Shown: one piece after another, positions 18,042 through 28,177 of the stretch
Position numbering within the stretch: position 1 is the stretch's first letter
Layout of the letters: each line of letters starts with the position of its first letter
IMG/VR virus record: IMGVR_UViG_2049941000_000100
Strand: one strand, 5' to 3'
Length of the DNA stretch: 45,512 nucleotides
Origin: an uncultured virus (IMG/VR IMGVR_UViG_2049941000_000100)
Taxonomy: Duplodnaviria; Heunggongvirae; Uroviricota; Caudoviricetes
Made by a program: the position numbers and the translations under genes
Notes under the pieces: generated by a model
What the model was told of the DNA's origin: nothing
The model's input: only the letters and a program-made list of their open reading frames with translations
The model's database searches: none

Positions 18042-18500
18042 TTAGGCCCCCAGGCCCGCCAGGCTCTTCTCGTTTGCGAAGGTGGCTTTCGTGTACTTGA
18101 TTTGGTACTTGATTCCGTCCACCGTCAGGTCCCCGTCCTCGGTGAAAGGTACGTTGTCTTTCGCCCATTCCTGACCAGCGGCCTCGGTGACCAGCTTCTC
18201 GAAAATCTCACCCCGATTGTACTTGCTGGCCTTAACCGTGGCTTCGAAAGTCGCTTCGTCGCACACCACCTGCGCGCCCATAGCCAACAGAGCCGCTTTG
18301 AGTTCGTTCTTCGGATTGAAGCGCAGGCTTGCTGTCCGAGAGCGACTGTCATAATCCATGCAGGTTACAGCCTCGAGAGCTTCAGCCGTCATATGCATGC
18401 AGGTCACGGCGTAAACCGTCTTCTTGTAGGCAAAGCCGAAAATATAGTTGTGAGTGGCCGCCGCTTCATTGTACCGCTTTACCATGCTAAAGTGTTTCAT
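18042..18500 (-). CDS. Hypothetical protein, possible PD-(D/E)XK-like fold
   Basis: GEIFEK...GDLTVDGIKYQIK..ATF; GGAGG and AAGGA upstream of ATG 18500. Confidence 0.7.
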   Translation of the reverse strand: MKHFSMVKRYNEAAATHNYIFGFAYKKTVYAVTCMHMTAEALEAVTCMDYDSRSRTASLRFNPKNELKAALLAMGAQVVCDEATFEATVKASKYNRGEIFEKLVTEAAGQEWAKDNVPFTEDGDLTVDGIKYQIKYTKATFANEKSLAGLGA

Positions 18501-18832
18501 ATCCTTAAAACCTCCGAACGTTGGGACGGTTCTCCGTCCTCTTGAGTACAGTATACGCCCATATAGGCCCATTTACAAGGGGATAAGGGTATAGTTCACA
18601 GATAGTTCACAATTTAACGTTTATCATTAAAATCTCTTTTTCGGGATAAAAGATACAAAATTTTGAAGTATATACCATACTTTTATATATCATATATTAT
18701 ATACAAAAAAATCCCCACGGGGGAGTGGAATTGGGTAAAATGTGAACTTTTTATGAACGGGTGCAAGCGCCCGTTAGCATACGCTAACTCGTATGTAAAA
18801 AGAAAAGGGCAGTTATGCCCTTTTCCTATGGA

Positions 18833-19174
18833 TTACAGAGAGTAACCCTTGACAACCCTCTTGTTGACAACGACCTCGCTCACCTTGACACCCTCGACCA
18901 TCTTCAAGATGGCGGTGGCCTTAGAGGTAGAGTCGATGCCCTCGATGGCATCCTTGACCTCGGCGGCGGTGAACACCTTAGAGGAGTTCCGCAGAAGGTT
19001 CGTGACGGCCTCGACAAAAGGCGCATTTTCGGCGGCACGCTTCTCGGCGGCCTTGGAGTTACGGCTTGCGTTCTCCTTATCCATCTTCAAGATGGCATTG
19101 GCGGCGAACTCACGCAGTTCGGCAGAGAGGTTCTCGTTGGTGGCAATAGCATTGTAGAATTCCTTGGTACGCAT
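18833..19174 (-). CDS. Array family A protein, copy 3
   Basis: MRTKEFY...IDSTSKATAILK...VKGYSL; AAAGGA RBS. Confidence 0.8.
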   Translation of the reverse strand: MRTKEFYNAIATNENLSAELREFAANAILKMDKENASRNSKAAEKRAAENAPFVEAVTNLLRNSSKVFTAAEVKDAIEGIDSTSKATAILKMVEGVKVSEVVVNKRVVKGYSL

Positions 19175-19680
19175 AGTTTTTTTATTTCCTTTCTTGCGTT
19201 GGTCGCAACCCTTTCTATTTAGTAAGGACTTTCGTCTCTCACTTTCTGAATTCATTATACCATAGGTTTGGTAGTTTGTCAAGGGGTTTTTCAAATTTCT
19301 TTGAAAAAGTTTTTTGGAGAATTTGTGTGACGAACTGCAGAAGTTCACACGCCTCGGGGCACTCCCCATTGGGCACTTGGTTCGTTCCTTCATCTCCTTG
19401 GAACAATTATAGTATAACCGATAGAGGGATAAAAGTCAATGGGTTTTTAAATAATATATAATATATTATCTCGGCGGCCCGGGTGAAAGTTAGCAAGTGC
19501 TAACCTATATATAAAAAGAAAGGGGNNNNNNNNNNNNNNNNNNNNNNNNNNNNNNNNNNNNNNNNNNNNNNNNNNNNNNNNNNNNNNNNNNNNNNNNNNN
19601 NNNNNNNNNNNNNNNNNNNNNNNNNNNNNNNNNNNNNNNAATAAATTTTTCATTTAGATATATTTTAATAAGTCTAAAAT

Positions 19681-19709
19681 TTGACTTTTCATCGAATCCG
19701 TAGTATAAT
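19681..19709 (+). promoter_or_regulatory. Sigma-A-type promoter at head of the recoded block
   Basis: TTGACT-N17-TATAAT. Confidence 0.75.
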
Positions 19710-19765
19710 AGTAATAGATAGGGGACTTATATATATTACCCTTATCGAGGAGGTCGAAAATTTTA

Positions 19766-21202
19766 TTGGAAAATAAAAAATCTTATTTAACGTAGGGAAA
19801 TAGACTTAACCTTAACTTTTCTATTCCCTATACGGATGAACGAACCGAATTCGTTTCTACCTATCTAAATTCCGATACGTTTTCCTATACTCCTCCTACT
19901 AACGCCGAACTAGAGACTATGGCAAATTATATATTATGGGGTAAATAGAGAGATACGGAAACTAACGTAGTTCAAGATAAGCTAATTGAAATCCCTACGC
20001 GCTCTAAAACATGGGATAGGTCCCAAAAAACCGAATCGCTCGACGCTTTATTAGCCCAACCGACTTTTAGCGAGCAATAGATAAATTCCCTAAACGGGAC
20101 TAAATATCGCTACCCTAAAGAAACGCTCTCGCGCGCATAGGTACGTAAAGAAACCGATTCCGATAAAAACCCTATATTTAACGACCTATGGAATCGTATA
20201 GACGAACTCGAACTCGAACTAAACTACTACGACCTTATCCACGGAAAGCGTAATACCGAACCTAGGTCCGAACTAGTAGAAAAATTCGACGAATGCGCTC
20301 AATAGACAATAAAAGAGCGCGCCGCAACTCTATCCCAATTTACCTATCTTAAAAAACGCCACTTATTAGTAGAACTAAGACGCGAATAGTTTACTCTAAG
20401 GGATACCGTAAAACCTACTATATTACCCCACTAGACGAACTCCGCTATCGATATATATAATAACGGGCCTATGGAACTGGATAGCGACGTACTTGTAAGT
20501 CCTATTGGATTAGTTTATAATACCGATTTAAGTAGGAAATTATTTAATACGTCCCGTTTTCCTATCCCTTCGGATTTTACATAGGACGAATTAGGTAGTC
20601 TACTTAAATCCTACTGGATGCGGAAGGCGGCCGTTGGGAAAAATTATATAGTTTTCGATTTTAGTAATACAGCCCACGTAGGAGAGGTATTTAGTTTATA
20701 CGACACGTTACGAGTAAGCGAGGACGACGTATTTTCTACTACCCCAGAATTTATAGATACATTATAGTACTATATTACTATGGCGGATTTAACTAACGTT
20801 TAGCGCGCAATTTTAGACCTTAAGCTAAAGCGCGTATCGAATGTAGATATAGCGGGGGGTATAAACGCGGAATACGGAAAATCGTATACGGTAAATTATA
20901 TAAGTACTATATTCCGCCAAAAAATTATACCGTCTATTTGCGCGGCGGCCTAGACTTAGGCGGAGATAATAGAGAATTTACCGTACCCCGAAAACTTTAA
21001 AAAGTGTAAGACGTGCGGCCGCGTACTACTTAGTACGCCTTAGAATTTCGTACGGAAAAGTAGGTCACCAGACGGTTTATCGACTTAGTGTAAGAAATGC
21101 GACCGAGAAGCCCGCGTAAAAGCAAAAGAAAAAATTAAGCCTTTATATTATACGTAGGAGAAGAACGATAACGATGGAAGAGATAAAGAATTAGGAGATT
21201 AA
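19766..21202 (+). CDS. ~478-aa protein with C-terminal HTH-like region and Cys4 finger (putative regulator); needs TAG=Gln
   Basis: GGAGG then TTG; frame interrupted only by TAG where read; LTNVQRAILDLK...SNVDIA...NYISTI; CKTCG...CKKC; absent from ORF track. Confidence 0.8.
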
Positions 21203-21437
21203 ATATCCATATCCCGAATTTTTAAAAGCCTTAGCTAAACTTAGACCGGAAGAGTTATTAGGACTCGCTAAGTTTATGGGAGTAAAACTTTTTAAAGACG
21301 ACGAAAAGGATGAGAAAGGAAATCCATTACCTTAGAGCGGAGAGTTTATAGTTTAGGGAATTATAGATAAGTATCCGACTTTAGGGCGTAAGGTTAGGAG
21401 ATAGATTTTAAAGATAGTTAAATAGGCAGGTAAATAA
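21174..21437 (+). CDS. Hypothetical protein (87 aa, TAG=Gln)
   Basis: AGGAG upstream, five in-frame TAG, TAA stop. Confidence 0.7.
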
Positions 21438-21670
21438 ATAGAAGTAGTTAAACGTAGATATTATACGCTGAGGGCGCGCGACGGACGAATTTATATAATC
21501 TTCGATAACACGCGGAACGGATGCCGCGCTATCTACGTTAAATCTACTTTTACTTTTTACTTTTATTTTTATATAGGACGTATAAATGCGCGCGTCCTAT
21601 AATTTTTATTATATTCTATGCGCGGCCGACCGCTACGCGGATTTATTATAAACGGCTGCTGGAGGGGGAT

Positions 21671-22511
21671 ATGGGGGTAAAACCAAATANNNNNNNNNNA
21701 TATCTGAAGATTTTAATTGGGCAATGGTAGATAAAATTTGCTAGATGGCAGATATTCCATTCGTACCAAGGGAATTTGAACGTTTACACGATGCTAATGG
21801 GGATGATGTTTTTCCTGTATATGCGCGTGTTTTCTAGGGGTAGGAATACGAATCTATTGGATGGGACGACTATTTTAAAGAATTTAAGACATTAAAAGAA
21901 ACTAGACTTATAGAGGACGAATTACCTTTAATTGGGGATGAGAAAATTTAGAAGTTGCGCGCGAAATGGGGAGATAACTATGACGCCGATTAGCTTATAT
22001 ATTTAGAAGACCTTTATAATGGTATGTTAGTTACATAGAATATTAATGGCGCCCTCTAGATTANNNNNNNNNNTGTATGATTTCACTTGAATTGGAATCT
22101 CGCATTCGTGCGGGCGCCGACTTCGATAAATTATTATCTTCTTATGATAAGTTAGTTAAGGTTGCGGAATTTACTCCGAAGAACGTAAAAAATGCTAATG
22201 ACTTTGATTCTGTAGGCGAACTTATAAAATGGCTTGAGAAGAGAGGTTGGAAGAATAAGTTTTACGATGGAGTTACTCGGGATGTTATAGATGAGACTAT
22301 AAAGAATATCCAAAACTATAACTAGCGTCTTTATATTAACGAAAGCGGAATAGGTGAGGAAATTAGTCGCCGTATCGAATAGCTTAAGATAGCGGATGAA
22401 GCGGAGACGGATTATTATGGCCTTGGTTCATATGACTCATTAGACGATTATGATAATGAGGGGTATGAATAGTTAATGAAAGAAGATAATGAGTTTAGGG
22501 GTGATATTTAA
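21671..22511 (+). CDS. Conserved protein upstream of terminase (possible small subunit); gapped, TAG=Gln
   Basis: GGAGG RBS; open frames either side of gaps; TAATG overlap with terL. Confidence 0.7.
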
Positions 22512-24776
22512 TGGCATAGAAACGAATAGTGCTACGTTCATTAAATAGAACCGAGTAGGACGTNNNNNNNNNNNNNNNNNNNNNNNNNNNNNNNNNNNNN
22601 NNNNNNNNNNNNNNNNNNNNNNNNNNNNNNNNNNNNNNNNNNNNNNNNNNNNNNNNNNNNNNNNNNNNNNNNNNNNNNNNNNNNNNNNNNNNNNNNNNNN
22701 NNNNNNNNNNNNNNNNNNNNNNNNNNNNNNNNNNNNNNNNNNNNNNNNNNNNNNNNNNNNNNNNNNNNNNNNNNNNNNNNNNNNNNNNNNNNNNNNNNNN
22801 NNNNNNNNNNNNNNNNNNNNNNNNNNNNNNNNNNNNNNNNNNNNNNNNNNNNNNNNNNNNNNNNNNNNNNNNNNNNNNNNNNNNNNNNACTTTTAAGGAA
22901 AGAAGTAATAGGTGGAGATTTAGTAGAAGTACCGGGTAATTACGGAAAGGACTATGTTACATTACGCTTTCGTAATGGTTCTTAGTTTGACGTAGTTGGC
23001 GCGCTTGAAAGTTCTTTGGGCGGACGTCGCCAAGGCGGTTTATTAGACGAGANNNNNNNNNNGGGAGTTGCGCTTACAGAACCATATCTCGAAAGTATCC
23101 AAAAGCTTTTAGAGAGATATATGAATTTTTTTACGGCTTATCCAGATTTATATTTGGATATAATTGCGCCGGTTGATGCGCAAATTAAACTATTCCCATA
23201 TTAGCGCGTGTTCTTGCGCGCGATAATGAGGTTTAAGAATGTTTATGTTACTGCGTGTCGTGCGTTCTCCAAATCTTTTATTACTATTCTCGGAATGGTA
23301 CTCTAGTGTATTTTTATGCCAGGTACTAAAAGATTTATATGCGCGCCGAACAAAAATTAGGCGGCGCAAATCGCAAAGGAAAAACTTACAGAGATATTTA
23401 GAGCTTGGCCGCTTTTAAGAAAAGAAGTAATAGGTGGAGACTTAGTAGAAGTACCGGGTAATTACGGAAAGGACTATGTTACATTGCGCTTTCGTAATGG
23501 TTCTTAGTTTGACGTTGTCGGCGCGTTAGAGAGTTCTTTGGGCGGACGTCGTCAAGGCGGTCTATTAGACGAGATTAAGTTACACGATGAGGAAATGGTT
23601 AATACAGTTGTACTTCCATTACTTAACGTATCCCGTCGCTTACCGGATGGAAGTGTAAATTATAAAGAGCCAAATCAGCAACAAATTTGTTGTACATCTG
23701 CTTGGCTTAAAACTAGTTTTGCCTATATAAAGCTTATTGATATGTTTGTGGATTCTATTATTAATCCTAAAAATACGTTTACTTTTGGATGCGATTATCG
23801 AGTTCCTTAGATGCATGGTCTCTTGGCGCGAGACTTCGTTAAAAAGCTTAAAATGAGTCCTTCATTTAATCAAGAGACTTTTGCGCGAGAGTATTTATCT
23901 ATTTGGACTGGTGGTGGCGAAGAATCATGGTTTGATTTTGATAAACTTCAAAAGTATAGAAAAATTAAAAATCCAGAAAAGCACGCATTTTTTAGAGCCG
24001 GTTCAAATTAGTATTACTTATTATCAGTGGACGTTGGACGACTCCATGATAGTACGATTGTATGCGTTTGGCGTGTAAACGTAATAAAAGATAAACATTA
24101 TTCTACATTAGTAAATCTTATTGTTTTAGGCCGTCAAGCTGAAACTAAAACTTTCCATCAATAGGCGATAGACCTTAAAAAGTTAATTAGAGATTTTGAC
24201 CCTAGAGAAGTCGTTATCGACTGCAATGGTTTAGGTATTGGTTTAGCGGATGAAATGATAAAAACCCAAATGGATGATAATGGAGAAGAGTTTGGACCAT
24301 TAGGTTTCTTTAATAATGATGATTATAAGAAAATTTAGCCGAAAGGTTGTCCAAATATTCTTTATTCTTTAAAAGCGAACGGGCCATTAAAATCTAAAAT
24401 TCATAGTAACGCGTATAGTCGTGTTAATAACGGAATGGTACGATTTCTTATAAAAGAACAAGAAGCGCGCAGTATGCTTTTAAGCACTAAGGTTGGATAG
24501 AAAATGAGTATTAAGGAACGAGTTGAAAGACTTATTCCTCACGAAATGACTACTAAGCTTTTTGAAGAGATGGCAAACTTGCGGCTTAAGAAAGGTTCTG
24601 GTATAGATATCGTATTAGAATAGATTAATACCCATTACCCTGATGACAAATATTCCGCTTTTGCTTATGGGTTATGGCGTATTAAAGAAATTGAAGAAGA
24701 GTCATTTAAGAAAAAACGTCGTTTTGACTCTTTTGGCAATCAAAGACAACTAGTCTTCTTTACGGAGGGAAGATAA
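22511..24776 (+). CDS. terL: Terminase large subunit (gapped, TAG=Gln)
   Basis: LFPY[Q], Walker A CRAFSKS, ICAPNKN[Q]A, Walker B LLDE, FAREY, nuclease SVDVG, IDCNGLG, DDKYSA. Confidence 0.92.
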
Positions 24777-26267
24777 ATGAGTGTAATTAAAGACTTAGGT
24801 GATTTAGCTTCCTTTTAGAAGATATAGGATGAAATGGTTGCAACTTCAGACACGTTTTGGAGCAATTCTTATTCTTATACTTCCGGATGGAATCAAAAAA
24901 TTAAAAACTACACAATTGAAGAAGTAGCCGCAATTATAAATTCAGGTTCAAGACTTTAGCAACAAATATTATCATAGAATTATTTTTATAAAGACGGTCT
25001 TTATCGTCGTATTATTACTTATTATGCAACGCTTTTAAAATATACTGGTCTTGTTATTCCCAATAGTGATAAGACTAAAAATCTCTCCACTCCAGGCATT
25101 ACAAAAAAGTATAATAAGGCGGTAGATTTCGTAGAAGATATAAAAACTTCTACTCTATTTACTGAAATAAGTTATAGGGTCTTAGTAAATGGTATTTACT
25201 ATGGTATTATTTTAAGTAGCGAAAAAAATAATTTTGTACTTATGGATTTACCTTTCTCATATTGCCGCACTCGTATGAAGGATTGGCTTGGGAACGATAT
25301 AATTGAGTTTAATGTTTCATACTTTGATAGTATATCAGATGATAGTATGAAAGAATATGCTTTGAAAGTATATCCTAAGGTAATTACTTCTTATTATCGG
25401 AAATGGGTAAAAGGTACAGTGTCGAAAAATGACCCTTGGGTTATTATTCCAGCGAAAATTGGGGTTTGTTTTTAGTTATTTGATGGACGTCCTTTCTTTT
25501 TAAGTGTTATCCCTGCGGCAATCAATTATGATAATGCGGTTGAGACAGAAAGAGAAAGAGATTTAGAAGAAATAAGAAAGATTATTGTTCAGAAAATTCC
25601 CCATCTTACTGATGGCGGCCTTTTGTTTGAGCCACTTGAGGCAGCGGAAATACATAAAGGCACCGTTGGGATGATGAGAGGAAACAAAAATGTTTCTGTT
25701 CTTACAACCTATGCGGACGTCGATGCGATTGTATCTAATACATCGAATGATTCGACGAAAAATAATTTAGAGAAGAATTTATAGAATGTTTATAGCGAAG
25801 CGGGGACTACTAGTTAGTTATTTGCGGCGACTGGAAATCTTTCTATTGAGACTTCTATTAAAAATGATACCGCGTTAATGATGGTATTAGGTAATAAATA
25901 TAGTAATTTTATTAGTTTTCTTTTAAATGATAAGTACGGAAATAGTTCTATTTCATTTAAGTATTCTATTTTAGATATTACATATTATAATGAGTCTACT
26001 TATATTTCTGATGCTCTTAAGCTCGCGCAGAATGGATATAGCTATATCTTGCCCGCATTAGCTATGGGAATTAGTCAAAGAGACTTAATTAATATTAAAG
26101 AAATAGAGAATAATGTATATAAATTAGGAGAATAGCTAATACCATTAAAATCTTCCTATACTTAGTCTTCTGCAGACGTCGGTCGTCCTCGTTTGCCGGA
26201 CGACTAGAAATCTGATAAAACTATAGCAAACGAAATTTCACTAGATGCTTAGGGAGGCTCTGAATAA
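24777..26267 (+). CDS. Portal protein (TAG=Gln)
   Basis: ~496 aa right after terL; C-terminal PLKSSYT[Q]S..GRP. Confidence 0.8.
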
Positions 26268-27588
26268 TGAAAGATAAACCTTGTTTTGAGTTCCCGGTAA
26301 CAATTTATAGTATTTTAGAACAAATTACTCCTACTCTGTCCAAGGCGCGCGTTCGGATTTTTTATAAGGGTGCGAATAGGAATGGTTCGTATATTACGGA
26401 TGAATTTGCGGAGAAATTAATTTCTACGCTTCCTTATGCGCCGGTTAAAGGAATTTATGACGCGGGCCAGGGTGATTACTTAGACCATGGGCCGGACAAT
26501 AACTATGGACGTATTTATGGTGTTGTTCCAGTAGATAATAATTTTGCTTGGGAAACCAATATAGACGAAGATGGCGTAGCACGCGTTTATGCGACTTGCG
26601 ATGTTTATCTTTATACTGCGATGTATAAAGAAGCCGGAGAAATTGTTGGCAAGTCTTAGTCTATGGAATTATATCCACCTTCTATAAGTGGTGAGTGGAT
26701 TATATATTAGGGTTCTCGGTATTTTAAATTTACTGATGGCGCCTTTTTTGGTTTACAAGTTCTTGGTGACGCGGTTGAGCCTTGTTTTGAAGGTGCTTCT
26801 TTCTTCACCGTTTAGAACGCAGAGGAAGGAATAAAGCAGTTAACGAAAATTATTGAGTAGTTAAACGCATATGTTTTAAAGTATTCCTATGGAGGAAAAT
26901 CAAAAATGGAATTGAATTTTAAAGTTTCTGATAGGGAAAAATTTGATGCCATCTGGACTTTATTAAATACACGTTATAATGAAGAGGGCGGCTGGGAAAT
27001 CTCTTATAGTATTTTAGATATTTGGGATGAATATGCCCTTGTGTATAATTATGAATATAATCGCTATGAGCGCGTTACCTATACTAAGAATGATGAAACT
27101 GATACAGTTGAGTTAGGAGACTTCTCTGTGCGGTTTATGATGGACCTTAGTGAGAGCGAAAAGGCCCTCGTTGATGGTCTGCGGACTGCGGCAGGGTCTT
27201 TTGANNNNNNNNNNAGTTAGAGAATAGTATCTCTACTTTGAATACAGAGAAAGAAACTACGGAAACAAATTTCGCTGAGTTAAGCGATAAGTTTTCTGTG
27301 TTAGAAGAAGAAGTTAATAGTTTAAGAGAGTATAAAGCTGCTTCCGAGAAGGAGAAAAAGTTAGCGGTTATTAAGTCTTATGAGTCTGTTCTTAATGAAG
27401 ATACTATTGAAGACTTTACAAAGAGAGTTGATGAATACGCTGATGTAATTAGTCTGGATAAGGATTTAGCTTATGCGCTGAAGAACTCTAATTTCTCTAT
27501 CTTTACGCAAACACCGGAATTTATTCCCATGAGTGATAATGGCTCGTAGGGCGATTTGCGTGAGCTTTTGACTCAATATAAAAAGTAA
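26267..27588 (+). CDS. Prohead protease fused to scaffold-like coiled coil (gapped, TAG=Gln)
   Basis: NRNGSYI, S[Q]SMEL, LG..VEPCFEGA; in frame through ATG 26906 to an acidic coiled-coil tail. Confidence 0.8.
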
Positions 27589-27608
27589 ATTCTTTGGAGG
27601 AATATAAA

Positions 27609-28157
27609 ATGGCTTTAACAAGATTAGTTATTGACGGTTATGGTCAGGTCGAATTAAACCAGGTTGCGTTCCGTCGGGATGGTCGTGTTGCTGCTCAGTG
27701 CAAGCCCAATGCCACTGATTTTGCTAGCAAGGCTCTCGAAAATGGTATGTTACTCGTTGTTGACGAAGTAAAGCGCGAAGTACGCCTTCCTGGCGCCACC
27801 GAAGCCGAGCCTGTTGCTCTGGTTTATAGCTCTGAGCATATGTATGACGAGAGAGCTCGTGCTCTTAAGAACTTCCAGAATGATATGTTCTTACCTCGTC
27901 TTGGTTACCTCGCCGTTGGTGATAGGTACACCACAAATTGTCTGTCCTATGATAGCACTGAATTTGCTACTGAGGCAGCCTTGAAGACCGCTATTGATGC
28001 GGCTGCTACTACAGCTGTTTATGCTGGTATTTCTACTGATGGTTCTCACAAGCTGAGTGCCACAAAGCCCTCTTACGGCCCCGTCATGAAGGTTCGTAAT
28101 GGTTTCACTATGCCTGATGGCACTTACGGTGTGCAGTTAGTCTGCGTATAGGCGTAA
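27609..28157 (+). CDS. Head decoration/cement-like protein
   Basis: Between scaffold and capsid; GYGQVELN, ENGM, TMPDG motifs; ends GTA-TAG-GCG-TAA. Confidence 0.75.
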
Positions 28158-28177
28158 TTTTGAAGGAGGATAAGAAT

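Larger units (their letters stand above)
6945..19484. repeat. Dispersed GCCCGGGC palindromes delimiting promoter-gene-terminator cassettes
   Basis: Exact at 6945, 7834, 8391, 9227, 10485, 11908, 12434, 13394, 15058, 15669, 16446, 17106, 17457, 18028; one mismatch at 7414, 10027, 11312, 12799, 13813, 14529, 19477; all intergenic. Confidence 0.9.

Noticed and set aside
8385..19222. Long + strand ORFs opposite array genes (8385, 10574, 15078, 17503, 18000, 18815) and - strand ORFs opposite capsid, tail and TMP
   Set aside because: Antisense shadows without RBS or promoter support.
6945..19484. Classical integron attC array
   Set aside because: No GTTRRRY/RYYYAAC-bounded attC hairpins or IntI recognised, and cassettes carry their own promoters. 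Only the architecture is analogous.
22889..23052. Internal duplication, intron or DGR-like template repeat in terL (matches 23411-23574)
   Set aside because: Flanked by N gaps, differences are synonymous rather than adenine-specific, and no reverse transcriptase is seen. Most likely a second strain allele. Both copies keep the TAG (22983, 23505).
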